Source of the DNA: an uncultured archaeon
Lineage (GTDB): Archaea; Thermoplasmatota; Penumbrarchaeia; JASLWR01
DNA length: 54,966 nt
Reading direction: 5' to 3'
Assembly (NCBI GenBank): GCA_964342815.1
Contig: CAYFHS010000027.1
Location: 1-54,966 of the forward strand
Part shown: piece by piece, positions 9,343 through 19,571 of the stretch
Position numbering within the stretch: the stretch's first letter is position 1
Layout: each line of letters begins with the position of its first letter
Notes under the pieces: generated by a model
Seen by the model: only the letters and a program-made list of their open reading frames with translations
The model's database searches: none
Told to the model about the DNA's origin: nothing
Program-made: the position numbers and the translations under genes

Positions 9343-11970
9343 TTGGAAAAAATGGAGATTCTTGCTGAATTCGTTGAAAGAAGAGCGGTACCAATACTTG
9401 TGGTCATCTTTTTTATATCAATATTCTTTTTTTCACTGGTACCGAGGATTAGCTTCAAGACAGACATCCGTGGTTTTCTTCCGGACAATGAAATGAGCCA
9501 AGCCAATACGAGGGTTATGGATTACTATGGGGATGCTCCCAGCATTCATTTCATACTGGTCCAAGCCACTAACAACGATGAAAACGTATTGACACCACTC
9601 TCCCTTAAGGAGCAGTACAAATTGGTTCGATCACTCAAGGAATTGGATGGAGTGGAAGAAACTCTCAGTATTGCCGATGTGGTCAATATTCTATACCAGT
9701 ATCGGATCGACAAAAGCGGAACCATGACAATAGACAAGTCTCGGAACATTAGCGATGCCCAAGGAAGTCGTGACTACGAAGAGATCCGGACCAAATTGGA
9801 CCTAATGTTCGGTATACTCAATGGTTCCTATGGAGAGGATTTTGTCTCCATATTCAGCGAAAATTTCCCAATGTTCTCTAAAAATAGTCTTGATAACGTA
9901 AAACTACTTATTAATCTCCTTTTCTCAGAGGATTTCGATCTGGATGATCCACATGCCAGGGCTACAATAATAATTGTTAATCTGGACGGCGGTCTCAGTA
10001 ACGACGATCTGAAGGGATTGGCCAATGACATCCACGAGAGCACGGATGAACTTCAAGCTGAGCTGGTCACTATCGAGCTGTCCCACACCGGAGAATTCCA
10101 GATCGCTACAGAAATAGACCAGGCCACAAGGGATACAATGGGCGTAATAGTGGCGGCCATCTTTATCGTCATCGCCACTATGCTATTTATCGGTTTCCGA
10201 AGAGGCAGCTATGTCGTTCTTCCCCTGGGTATACTTCTACTTGCCACGGTCTGGACATATGGGACAGCGTATCTCATTGGTCTGAAGTTCAGTGCGGTAA
10301 TGGTAGGAGTAATTCCGCTTATTTTTGGTTTGGGTGTTGATTACCCGGTGCACGTCTCCGAGCGTTATCAGGAGGAGCTGGCAAAGGGCAAGAAAATAAG
10401 TATTGCCCTTAAAACCGCCATGAAACACGTAGGGGGAGCCATCGCCATTTGTGCCATTAGCACGGCCATTGGTTTCTTTTCCAATATCATATCTGATGTG
10501 GAACCCGTAAGAGTATTCGGAATTACATGCGCTATTGGAACGTCCTACGCATTTCTTCTTACCCTGTTTTTCTATTGCCCGGCGAGATTTCTACTGGACA
10601 AACGGACCAATCACAATCCCCTTTTACCTCATAAAATGAAAAAACTTGCAACGGCGGCAAAGACCAGGGTCAAAAAGAAGAAACATTCTTTATTTACGAA
10701 GACCTCGTACAAATTCCCTGGCAAGATTGCCATAATGGCTCTCGTGATAACTGTTTTGGCGGTGATTGGTACCTTCAACCTCGAAAGCGAATTTTCAATG
10801 AAAGATTTTCTGCCCGACGAATGGGAAAGTCTGAAAACCGAGGAAAAGATATTTGATATGTTCGAGGCAGGCAGTTACACTCAATCCTTCATTCTAATTG
10901 AATCCGATTCCATGGCCACAACCCAGATTTATAATGATATCCGGGATACCATAGAGAGAATTTCTGATGACAAAAATATCGTATCAATCAGCTCAAAGGA
11001 CGGTGATCGCTTATCTCTTACCGAGGGAATTCCTAGATTGGTGGAAATGGCGTATTCTCTAGATCCCGACATTTTGATCCGGTACAATATATCTGACGAC
11101 GGTTCTCTCATGACCAATTGCAGCGATTCCGACATAAGGGATTTTTATGATTTTCTCTACTCGAACGACACAGTCATCGAACCGCTGACAGGACAGACCC
11201 TGGCCGAGCATACAGCTACCCTGCTTCACAGGAATGATAAGGGTGAATACGACGCCGCCCTGATACGGGTATACGTTAACGTCAGAACCTCCGAGGACAG
11301 TAGAAATCTATACAGAGATCTTAACGATGACATTGTCTCTACCGGAAGTGAGGATTTCCATATAACCGGAGGGATGATATTGAATATCGCCACTCTCGAT
11401 TCCCTGCAGTCGGGCCAAATAAAAGCAACTCTCGTCTGTATTGGCGTTATCGGACTGATGCTGATACTGGTTTATCGGAAACTTGCCTTGGGCCTGATCC
11501 CATTGATCCCAGTAATCTTATCTACCGCCTGGATAATGGGTGCTATGTATGTTCTTGGAATGTCCATCAACGTGCTTACTGTAACGGTCACTTCCCTGGG
11601 GATTGGAATGGGGATCGATTATGCCGTTCACGTGTCGGAACGGTTCAGGGAAGAGATGAAAAAGAATACTATAAAAATGTCTGCAAAGGAAACCATCGGT
11701 AACCTATGCCGTCCATTATCAATATCGTCCATGACTACTGTCGCGGGCTTCAGCGTTCTTCTTCTAACACCCATCCCCATTATGGCCTCTTACGGAATTA
11801 TCTGTGCTTTATCCCTTGTGTTCAGCTACACCGCTGCCATGTTCGTCTTACCAGTAGTCCTTGTGGCCAGGTCGAATTGGTCCGGAGATGATAAAAAGGT
11901 AGATAAGAAAGTGAAAAAGGGACCCCTAAAAATAACACCAACCACCATTACCGGTCATAAGCTGAGATAA
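9343..11970 (+). CDS. RND superfamily MMPL-type exporter
   Basis: Two repeats of TM blocks with GLGVDYPVHVSERY and GMGIDYAVHVSERF motifs and two large extracellular loops. Confidence 0.9.
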   Translation: MEKMEILAEFVERRAVPILVVIFFISIFFFSLVPRISFKTDIRGFLPDNEMSQANTRVMDYYGDAPSIHFILVQATNNDENVLTPLSLKEQYKLVRSLKELDGVEETLSIADVVNILYQYRIDKSGTMTIDKSRNISDAQGSRDYEEIRTKLDLMFGILNGSYGEDFVSIFSENFPMFSKNSLDNVKLLINLLFSEDFDLDDPHARATIIIVNLDGGLSNDDLKGLANDIHESTDELQAELVTIELSHTGEFQIATEIDQATRDTMGVIVAAIFIVIATMLFIGFRRGSYVVLPLGILLLATVWTYGTAYLIGLKFSAVMVGVIPLIFGLGVDYPVHVSERYQEELAKGKKISIALKTAMKHVGGAIAICAISTAIGFFSNIISDVEPVRVFGITCAIGTSYAFLLTLFFYCPARFLLDKRTNHNPLLPHKMKKLATAAKTRVKKKKHSLFTKTSYKFPGKIAIMALVITVLAVIGTFNLESEFSMKDFLPDEWESLKTEEKIFDMFEAGSYTQSFILIESDSMATTQIYNDIRDTIERISDDKNIVSISSKDGDRLSLTEGIPRLVEMAYSLDPDILIRYNISDDGSLMTNCSDSDIRDFYDFLYSNDTVIEPLTGQTLAEHTATLLHRNDKGEYDAALIRVYVNVRTSEDSRNLYRDLNDDIVSTGSEDFHITGGMILNIATLDSLQSGQIKATLVCIGVIGLMLILVYRKLALGLIPLIPVILSTAWIMGAMYVLGMSINVLTVTVTSLGIGMGIDYAVHVSERFREEMKKNTIKMSAKETIGNLCRPLSISSMTTVAGFSVLLLTPIPIMASYGIICALSLVFSYTAAMFVLPVVLVARSNWSGDDKKVDKKVKKGPLKITPTTITGHKLR

Positions 11971-12042
11971 TATTTCATGTCGTATAATTAACAAAATGCT
12001 GATCGGCCTGGAGATCAATCAGTACCCAGGAGAGGATTCCAC

Positions 12043-12702
12043 TTGACCGATACCAAACGCCTACTACTTTTAGATCTTGACGGTACTATTATCTATTCCA
12101 AGGATGCGATTTTCAATGCTATCAATGCTGCGCTTGAGTTTTACGGTTTTGAGCCTTTCCCCGAGGAGGAACTGCTCCGAAACCTGAGGATACCACTTGA
12201 GGAAAAATACAGGATGAGAACAAATGCGGACCCAACCCCAATAATGGAAAAATTCAGAGAGGAATATCTAAGGACCTACAGGGAGACAACATACATTCAT
12301 GATGGTATGATCCCTCTACTGAAAAGACTCAAGAATAATAGGGTCAAGATGGCAGTTATCACCCTGAAGGAGGGTAAAGAGGCCGCTCAGGTCGTGGAGG
12401 AAATGGGTCTTAAGAAATATTTTTCAGCTATATTCGGATCACAGGATCCTGAGTACCAAATCAAACCATCGCCAGACCACGTTAACTATGCAATAGATAA
12501 ATACGGTATCGCAAAGGTGAACTGTGCTCTGGTGGGGGATATGAGAGGGGATATATTGAGCGCGAAGGGTGCTGGAATAACCGCCATTGGTGTCGCGTGG
12601 TGCCTGAGAAGTCCGGCACAGTTATATGAAGCGGGGGCGGACCATGTGGCCAGGGAACCTGGTGAGTTGGAAGATATTCTGGAACGATTGGATTTTTTAT
12701 AA
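12043..12702 (+). CDS. HAD-superfamily hydrolase (phosphoglycolate phosphatase-like)
   Basis: DLDGT motif I, KPSPD, and VGDMRGDI...GA motif. Confidence 0.9.
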   Translation: MTDTKRLLLLDLDGTIIYSKDAIFNAINAALEFYGFEPFPEEELLRNLRIPLEEKYRMRTNADPTPIMEKFREEYLRTYRETTYIHDGMIPLLKRLKNNRVKMAVITLKEGKEAAQVVEEMGLKKYFSAIFGSQDPEYQIKPSPDHVNYAIDKYGIAKVNCALVGDMRGDILSAKGAGITAIGVAWCLRSPAQLYEAGADHVAREPGELEDILERLDFL

Positions 12703-12784
12703 TTCAAAAATATCTTCGAGCTATTGAAAATTAATCTTTAAAATTTTTCAATTATTTTCCAAAATAAATTGAATAAATGGTCCA

Positions 12785-13303
12785 TCATTTTCCCCGGTCC
12801 ACCGTGGGCTCTACTGACTCTTTTCCAGCAAATGGATCATGACCGTATTTTTCCAGATACAATGATCTGCGGGTCTCGCTGGACGAGGAGTTCATGGCGC
12901 TCGAAGGGGCCATGACGAGATCCAGGGGGGGGATATTCTTTGCCTCCCGCATCCTGTTGATATTTCTTCCGTGATGCTCGGTTTTGAAACATATGATGTT
13001 TGCGCAAAGTTCCGGGTTGAAAACCGCTTCTGTGTACACCGAATCGTTTATGACGAATTTATACCTGTCCTTTCCGTATTGTTGATTCAAATAAGAGCTC
13101 ACAGTATACATTCTCAGCTCAAGGCCTTCGATAAACTCGCTATATTTCTTGTCGGCAACCAGTTCGTTGGTGGTTATCCCGATGGTCACGAAGCTGCTTA
13201 CTTCGAAGGCTTTGTCCAGAAGGTCTCTGTGTCCCTGATGAAAATGATCAAACGTTCCACCAGTCCATACATTCTTGTATTTTTTCACCGTTTCGGCGGT
13301 CAT
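12785..13303 (-). CDS. coaD: Phosphopantetheine adenylyltransferase (archaeal/eukaryotic type cytidylyltransferase family)
   Basis: WTGGTFDHFHQGH (HxGH), INRMREAKNIPPLDLV and SSSETR motifs. Start placed at MTAETVKK. Confidence 0.75.
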   Translation of the reverse strand: MTAETVKKYKNVWTGGTFDHFHQGHRDLLDKAFEVSSFVTIGITTNELVADKKYSEFIEGLELRMYTVSSYLNQQYGKDRYKFVINDSVYTEAVFNPELCANIICFKTEHHGRNINRMREAKNIPPLDLVMAPSSAMNSSSSETRRSLYLEKYGHDPFAGKESVEPTVDRGK

Positions 13304-13378
13304 CAGGGAACAGTATGTAAATAAGTTGATAAAAAATTTACGTTTATTTATCGTGAAGCTGACCATTCAATATTATTA

Positions 13379-14746
13379 CTATAACCGATCCCACATCTCT
13401 TTTGCCAATACCTTTGATATCTCCGCCATTTTTTCCGGATTCCATCCTTTGATAATTCTATCTTCCATAACGATCTTTCCATCGATGATTGTATGCGTCA
13501 CGTTTGTGGCGTCCATACCGAATTGAACGTGCCAGGGGAGGTTGCCCGGGTCCATTGGTGTCGGAGGTCTATAATCAAGCAGGATGATGTCTGCCAGAGC
13601 GCCCTTTTTTATAATTCCCAGAGGCTGCTCCCAGAATACTGACGCTATCTTGGAGTTTGCGTGTGTTTGCATTCTCAGAACATTGTCGCCCCCCATTCTC
13701 CTGGGATCCATTTCTTTGAGTTTATGCAGAACGTAAACGAATTTCATCTCCCTCCACATATCGTGGGAAAAACCGTCGGTGCCTATCCCCAAATTAATAC
13801 CAGCATCCTGCATTTTTTCCACCGGTGCTACTCCTACCGCATTGTTCATGTTGGATTGGGGATTATGCATTACCTGTGTACCGCTCTCTGCCAGTAATTT
13901 TATATCGTCACCACTAACGTGAACGCAGTGTGAAGCCAGTGTACCGGAGCCCAAAATCCCGGCATCGTGGAACCTTTCGACCACGGAACGACCGTATTTA
14001 TCCAGGCTGTCTTCATTATCTGCTTTGGCTTCTGCAACGTGAACATGAAATCCACTTCCCAGCTTACTTGATTCCTCTTGACATTTTGCGAGTGTTTCAT
14101 CACTTAAAGTCAGAGAAGCGTGCAGCCCAAAGGATCCCCTCATTATTCCAGTCTTATTCTCCTTTACTTTCCTCAGGTACCGAATATTTTCCTCGATTCC
14201 CGCCTCGGCGCCTATTGGTCCGTTGCGGTCAGTAACCTCGTAACTGAGACAGCCGCGAATTCCGAGCGCTCTGCAGGCCCTTTCGACAGTATCCAAGCTC
14301 CCCGTTATGAAGTTTGGTGAAGCATGATGGTCGATAACGGTGGTGGTGCCGTGCCTTATAGCATCTGCGATACACAGAAGTGTGCTGTGGAAAACGTCCT
14401 TTTCACATAGGGCCTTGTCCAGTTTCCACCATAACCGATCAAGGATCTCCACGAAGTTCCCCGGAGGTGCGGCCTTCAATGCCATTCCTCTTGAAAAAGC
14501 ACCGTAAAAATGTGTATGGGAGCATATCATACCAGGCATTATTAACTTATGACGAGCTTCGATCACCTTTGTTTCATCCGGACCAATTATTTTCCTGATA
14601 TGGTCATACGGGCCAATCTCCTTTATTAGTCCGTCTTCTATCAGGAGTGAGCATTTCTCGATAATATTGAACGAATCATCCATTGTACATACTGTACCGT
14701 CTTTAATCACCAATTTGCTGTTTTCGAAACTAATCATCTCAATCAA
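13379..14746 (-). CDS. ssnA: Metal-dependent amidohydrolase, SsnA-like
   Basis: MPGMICSHTHFYGAFSRG, DHHASPN, GLHASLTLS, HVHVAE, HNPQSNMNNAVG and GTDG motifs. Confidence 0.82.
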   Translation of the reverse strand: MIEMISFENSKLVIKDGTVCTMDDSFNIIEKCSLLIEDGLIKEIGPYDHIRKIIGPDETKVIEARHKLIMPGMICSHTHFYGAFSRGMALKAAPPGNFVEILDRLWWKLDKALCEKDVFHSTLLCIADAIRHGTTTVIDHHASPNFITGSLDTVERACRALGIRGCLSYEVTDRNGPIGAEAGIEENIRYLRKVKENKTGIMRGSFGLHASLTLSDETLAKCQEESSKLGSGFHVHVAEAKADNEDSLDKYGRSVVERFHDAGILGSGTLASHCVHVSGDDIKLLAESGTQVMHNPQSNMNNAVGVAPVEKMQDAGINLGIGTDGFSHDMWREMKFVYVLHKLKEMDPRRMGGDNVLRMQTHANSKIASVFWEQPLGIIKKGALADIILLDYRPPTPMDPGNLPWHVQFGMDATNVTHTIIDGKIVMEDRIIKGWNPEKMAEISKVLAKEMWDRL

Positions 14747-14862
14747 ACTCCCCGTATGTATTTCAGGTAATATCGATGTTCATTATTAATTATTCCATGT
14801 CCGTTTCCGGTGGAATTTAGCCGGGTCGAAATCTTTAAAGACCATAATAATATTCCGCTTTC

Positions 14863-16329
14863 TTGGTGTCTCATCCGATGACTGGCACATCTGATAAAAA
14901 ACATGGGAAAAACGATCTACTCTTTGCAATTATAGGCGGGCTTTTGGTAACTCTGTTAATATTGGGATCAATTTTCTTTCAGACTGAACCCATTGAAAGG
15001 GTGGAGAGAACGAGATTCAAGATGGGCACAGTTGTTACAATTACAGTCTATGATACATTAAAGAATGCTGAAGGAGCCATTGAAGCTGCCTTCGAAAGGA
15101 TAGATGAGGTCTCAGACGCAGCATCAACCTATGATCCATCAGCGGAAGCGTATATATTGAATGAGAATGGGGCGATCTCCGCTCCCTCCGATTATCTGCT
15201 TGACCTCATCGACCTTTCGAAGGATTATTGTGAAATGACGAATGGCAGTTTCGATATAACCATCGAACCCCTATTAGAGCTCTGGAGATTCAAACCCTGG
15301 GAGAACGCTTACCACATTTTTGATGTAGAGATTGGATTCGCAGAAGAGCTGAACAACAATACCTTATCGAAGTCATTGAGGTCGGTTTTCGCCGCAAACA
15401 ACTACCCTTTATCCGAAAACTCGCTTGTTCTGAAAAGATCAGATATGGACTGGGGTATCGAGGAATGCCTTTTCACGATGCCACCAACACTCAGGGAATC
15501 CATGGGAAACTCAAAGGTAAGTGCTGGCATCCGGTCAATATTTACAGAACATGATCAAGCTCTTACGAAGAATGCGAAGATTTCAATGCTAAATGAGGTG
15601 AGGTGGAACCTGACTGACGGAAGGAAGAATTACCTGATAGAGGATGCAGGTGACCGTTTGATTGTTGCAGTGGAGAAATTCGGTCTTTGTTCCTTCGAGA
15701 AGAGACTGAATGTGACGGTCCAGTTCTGGGATCTCGATCGATCTCGGCAAGAAGATAACATAACGGCTGCGAGAAATTTCGTTGGATGCGAAAAAATCCA
15801 ATCCAATACAAATGAGATCAGTCTTGAAGAAGGTATGAGCATAACTATGGGTGGTATTGCCAAAGGATATGCGGTGAGCGAGACTATTAAGGTACTAAGG
15901 GAAAAGGGAATCGAACACGGAATGATCAACGCAGGGGGGGATATCGAAACCATAGGGCAGAAACCCGATGGAAGTCCTTGGAACATTGCCCTTGAGAATC
16001 CACGGGAACGGTCCGATCGAATAACGCAATTCAACGTGCAAGGCAAGTCCATCTGTACTTCCGGTAATTACATTAGATATTTTGATCCCGAAGCGAGGGT
16101 CGGTCATATAATGGACCCCCGGACCGGTTATTCAGTTGACCACTGCATTAGCGTTACCATAATTGCGAATAATTGTACCACTGCGGATGTCCTTGCAACG
16201 TCGGTTTTCGTCATGGGCCCGGGTCCCGGTATGGGATTGATAAACGAATTGGATGACGTTGAAGGGCTTATAATCGACGCAAATCGGACGATACATCGGT
16301 CCCACGGTTTGGGGGTATATGAGAAATAG
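14863..16329 (+). CDS. apbE: FAD:protein FMN transferase (flavin transferase) with a large internal insertion
   Basis: KMGTVVTIT, GSFDITIEPL, GGIAKGYAV, NAGGDI, TSGNY, HIMDPRTG and ADVLATS motifs; sits directly upstream of rnf. Confidence 0.93.
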   Translation: MVSHPMTGTSDKKHGKNDLLFAIIGGLLVTLLILGSIFFQTEPIERVERTRFKMGTVVTITVYDTLKNAEGAIEAAFERIDEVSDAASTYDPSAEAYILNENGAISAPSDYLLDLIDLSKDYCEMTNGSFDITIEPLLELWRFKPWENAYHIFDVEIGFAEELNNNTLSKSLRSVFAANNYPLSENSLVLKRSDMDWGIEECLFTMPPTLRESMGNSKVSAGIRSIFTEHDQALTKNAKISMLNEVRWNLTDGRKNYLIEDAGDRLIVAVEKFGLCSFEKRLNVTVQFWDLDRSRQEDNITAARNFVGCEKIQSNTNEISLEEGMSITMGGIAKGYAVSETIKVLREKGIEHGMINAGGDIETIGQKPDGSPWNIALENPRERSDRITQFNVQGKSICTSGNYIRYFDPEARVGHIMDPRTGYSVDHCISVTIIANNCTTADVLATSVFVMGPGPGMGLINELDDVEGLIIDANRTIHRSHGLGVYEK

Positions 16330-16367
16330 ATTACCTTAAATAACAAAACATTTAAAGACTATAAATA

Positions 16368-16565
16368 TATTCAGCGGAATCGTTCCCTCTGGGCCACGAT
16401 TCCGCGAACATTGTCAGGCTACGAATCTCGGCAATATTCACCCCACTGACAATATTCCGCAATCCACCCATCGGGCTAGGTGTGTCGAGACACATCATAG
16501 CTAAGAATTAGCCCCGGAGGGAGACTAATTCAGATAAACATCATTACTGGAAAAAGCGGATGGAC
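16368..16565 (-). ncRNA. Candidate structured ncRNA, copy 2 of an unassigned family (homologous to 29870-30290)
   Basis: Stems on the minus strand: UCCAUCC/GGGUGGA, GAAUUAG/CUAAUUC with a c-UCCG-g loop, GCUA/UAGC, AUAUUGUCAG/CUGACAAUGU and GCGGAAUCGU/ACGAUUCCGC, ending in GCUGAAUA. The boundaries are estimates. Confidence 0.7.
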
Positions 16566-16638
16566 GAGGGTTTGGACAAGGAATATACCCTATTAAATTT
16601 TTTTTTAAAATGAGAACGAAATACGGTTGTGAAATAGT

Positions 16639-17979
16639 ATGGAGATTTTCGGTTTCGATCTGATATTTGGGCGCGCCCAAAAGGGGATAAAACCTCCTCA
16701 TTGGAAGTTTACCAAAGAGAAGAAAACAGAGAAATTACCTTTACCGGATGAGGTTATCATTCCATTATCTCAACATATTGGGGCCCCATGCAAGCCTGTG
16801 GTGAAGATGCGGGATGAGGTAAAGGTCGGTCAGGTCATCGGTGAGGCCGGTGGGTTTGTCTCAGCACCAATCCATTCCACTGTTTCTGGCAAGGTCAAAA
16901 AAATGGGTCAGATGGTTCATCTCATAACGGGTCGCGTGATAGACACTGTTATCATTGAGTCAGACGGCAAGGATGAGTGGATCGAGCCATATGAGCCTCT
17001 TGACCTGGATACCGCCAGCAATGATGATCTGCTTGGAAGGGTAAACGAAGCTGGAATCGTCGGCCTTGGAGGGGCAACGTTTCCTACCCGCGTGAAGCTC
17101 AGTCCGCCGCCAGGAAAGGTGATCAATACAATCATTATAAACGGGTGCGAATGCGAGCCCTACATCACTTCCGATCATCGATTGATGCTGGAGGAGGGTG
17201 AAAAGATATTGGGTGGGATCAAGGTACTGATGAAGGTATTGTCCTGCGAAAAGGTGTTAATTGCTATCGAGGATAACAAGCCTGATGCCATCGCACACAT
17301 GAAAAAACTGGTATCGAAAGAAGGGCTCCCATCAACGGTTACGGTGGAAAGTCTTCCATCCAAGTACCCCATGGGAGCTGAAAAAACACTTGCGAAGATA
17401 CTTATGGGAAAGGAGGTTCCTTTAGGCGCACTTCCCTTCGAGATAGGGGCTTTAATTCAAAACGTAAGCACCATGAAAGCAATATATGATGCTGTTTTCA
17501 AAGGTATTCCACTTGTGGAAAGGACCATGACCGTCACAGGAGAGGTGAATGACCCGAAGAACCTTCTAGTCAGGTTCGGTACTCCCATTCGCACCCTGAT
17601 CGATCACTGCGGGGGGCTTACAAAAGATGCGGGGAAAGTTATCTTCGGAGGCGCAATGATGGGTCTTTCCCAGTATGATCTCGATGCTCCGGTGATAAAA
17701 GGAACCAATTGTATACTGGTGAAGAAAGCCGAACACTGGACCGAAAGCGATTGTATTGGCTGCAGCAGGTGTATTAACGCCTGTCCCATGGATCTTCTTC
17801 CAACAATGTATGTAAAACTGGTGAAGGCGAAGAAGTTCGTCGAGTGCGGAGATAATTACATCGAAAACTGCGTGGAGTGCGGTTCATGTACATACTCATG
17901 CCCTTCGAAGATACCTCTCGTACAATATATAAAAGTGGGCAAAGGAGAACTTATGAAGATCAAGAGGAGGGAGGGATAA
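16639..17979 (+). CDS. rnfC: Rnf electron transport complex subunit C
   Basis: IPLSQHIGAP, GIVGLGGATFPT, NGCECEPYITSDHRLM, and two CxxCxxCxxxCP clusters. Confidence 0.96.
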   Translation: MEIFGFDLIFGRAQKGIKPPHWKFTKEKKTEKLPLPDEVIIPLSQHIGAPCKPVVKMRDEVKVGQVIGEAGGFVSAPIHSTVSGKVKKMGQMVHLITGRVIDTVIIESDGKDEWIEPYEPLDLDTASNDDLLGRVNEAGIVGLGGATFPTRVKLSPPPGKVINTIIINGCECEPYITSDHRLMLEEGEKILGGIKVLMKVLSCEKVLIAIEDNKPDAIAHMKKLVSKEGLPSTVTVESLPSKYPMGAEKTLAKILMGKEVPLGALPFEIGALIQNVSTMKAIYDAVFKGIPLVERTMTVTGEVNDPKNLLVRFGTPIRTLIDHCGGLTKDAGKVIFGGAMMGLSQYDLDAPVIKGTNCILVKKAEHWTESDCIGCSRCINACPMDLLPTMYVKLVKAKKFVECGDNYIENCVECGSCTYSCPSKIPLVQYIKVGKGELMKIKRREG

Positions 17980-17980
17980 A

Positions 17981-18985
17981 ATGACCGAGAACGTCAATAA
18001 TGACCAAGATGAGAAAAACCGGTTTTTGCTGGCCACCACATCACCTCATATCAGGTGTAAGGTATCCGTAAGCAGGATCATGTATGCAGTAATATTCGCT
18101 CTGATGCTTCCAACCATTGGCGGCATTTACTATTTTGGTCTAAACGCCCTCTGGGTGATACTTACCACTGTGATCACTGCGGTTCTCACCGAGTATATAA
18201 TAAAGAGATTAAGAAAGATCGAGTTTGTCATGGACGGCAGCGCCGTGGTCACCGGTCTATTGCTTGGCTTGATACTACCGCCATTGCTGCCGAAATACCT
18301 GTGGATCGCCGCCATAGGTTCCGTGGTTGCCATAGGTATCGCAAAGGAAGCTTTCGGCGGATTGGGTCACAATATGTTCAATCCGGCTCTGGTGGGCCGC
18401 GCTTTTCTATCAGCAAGTTTTTCCGGAATCATGACGAGCTTTGTGCTTCCTACCAAATGGAGCGGGGCCGATGCTATTACCGGAGCGACACCTCTAAAAG
18501 AGTCATTCAATTACATAGATAAATCGGAGTATATGGATCTATTGCTGGGAAATGTTGGTGGTTCCATTGGTGAAACGTCCGCTCTGCTGATACTCATCGG
18601 CGGTCTCATTCTCATATTATTAAGCGTGATCAATTGGAGAATACCTCTCACCTATATCGGCACTGTTTTCGTCCTTACGTTGGTTTTTGGCGGGGATCCG
18701 TATCGACACGTACTTGCAGGCGGGCTGCTACTTGGTGCATTCTTCATGGCCACTGATTATGTCACTGCTCCTCTCACAGATAACGGCAAGATAATATTTG
18801 CTGTAGGAGCCGGAATTCTAACCGTCTGTATCCGGAAATTCGGTGGAATGCCGGAAGGTGTGTGCTTTTCCATACTGCTTATGAACGCAGTCACACCACT
18901 TATTGACCGATACACGGTACCGAAACCCTTTGGTTTCAAGAAACCCGAGAAAAAAGATCCGGAAGATAAGGAGGTGGAAAAATGA
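17981..18985 (+). CDS. rnfD: Rnf subunit D
   Basis: SPHIR, FGGLGHNMFNPALVGRAF, the FMN-attachment DAITGATPL, and FFMATDYVT. Confidence 0.96.
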   Translation: MTENVNNDQDEKNRFLLATTSPHIRCKVSVSRIMYAVIFALMLPTIGGIYYFGLNALWVILTTVITAVLTEYIIKRLRKIEFVMDGSAVVTGLLLGLILPPLLPKYLWIAAIGSVVAIGIAKEAFGGLGHNMFNPALVGRAFLSASFSGIMTSFVLPTKWSGADAITGATPLKESFNYIDKSEYMDLLLGNVGGSIGETSALLILIGGLILILLSVINWRIPLTYIGTVFVLTLVFGGDPYRHVLAGGLLLGAFFMATDYVTAPLTDNGKIIFAVGAGILTVCIRKFGGMPEGVCFSILLMNAVTPLIDRYTVPKPFGFKKPEKKDPEDKEVEK

Positions 18986-19569
18986 GCGAAGGCGGAGGAA
19001 TAAAAGAAGTAATTCCCATTCTTTTTCTGACCATAGTTGTTTGTATATCCGTGGTGCTTCTGGTTCTCACCGACAGCATCACCAGGGATTTGATCGAGGA
19101 AAATGAAGCAAAAGAGATACAGGAAAAACTCGAAGACATATTTCCTGAAATGGCGGATTATAAGGAGAACAAGACGCTTGGGGTTTACATTGTAAGAGAT
19201 GATACCGGAGAGATTGGTGTCGCCTTCATAGTGGAAGGAAAGGGATACGGCGGTGTCATCAAAATGCTGTTGGGTCTCGATATGAATCTAAGTGAAATAG
19301 TAAACGAGGAAAAGGATACTGACGTACTCATCAAGGGAATGAAGATAATTCCGCCGATATCGGAGACACCCGGTTTGGGTGCTAAGATAGAGGAGGATAG
19401 TTTTCAGGACCAGTTCAAGAACAAGGCCGTTGGGGATCTTGAATTAGGGGAAGGAATCGACGGAATAACCGGTGCGACGATAAGCTCCAAGGGGGTTGTC
19501 AACGATCTTAAGAAAGCTGCTGTGACAAAGATAAAGTTGATCAAGGATAAACTGGGAGGGGAGGTGTAA
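18982..19569 (+). CDS. rnfG: Rnf subunit G
   Basis: GKGYGG, ETPGLGAKI and the FMN site DGITGATISS. Confidence 0.95.
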   Translation: MSEGGGIKEVIPILFLTIVVCISVVLLVLTDSITRDLIEENEAKEIQEKLEDIFPEMADYKENKTLGVYIVRDDTGEIGVAFIVEGKGYGGVIKMLLGLDMNLSEIVNEEKDTDVLIKGMKIIPPISETPGLGAKIEEDSFQDQFKNKAVGDLELGEGIDGITGATISSKGVVNDLKKAAVTKIKLIKDKLGGEV

Positions 19570-19571
19570 TC

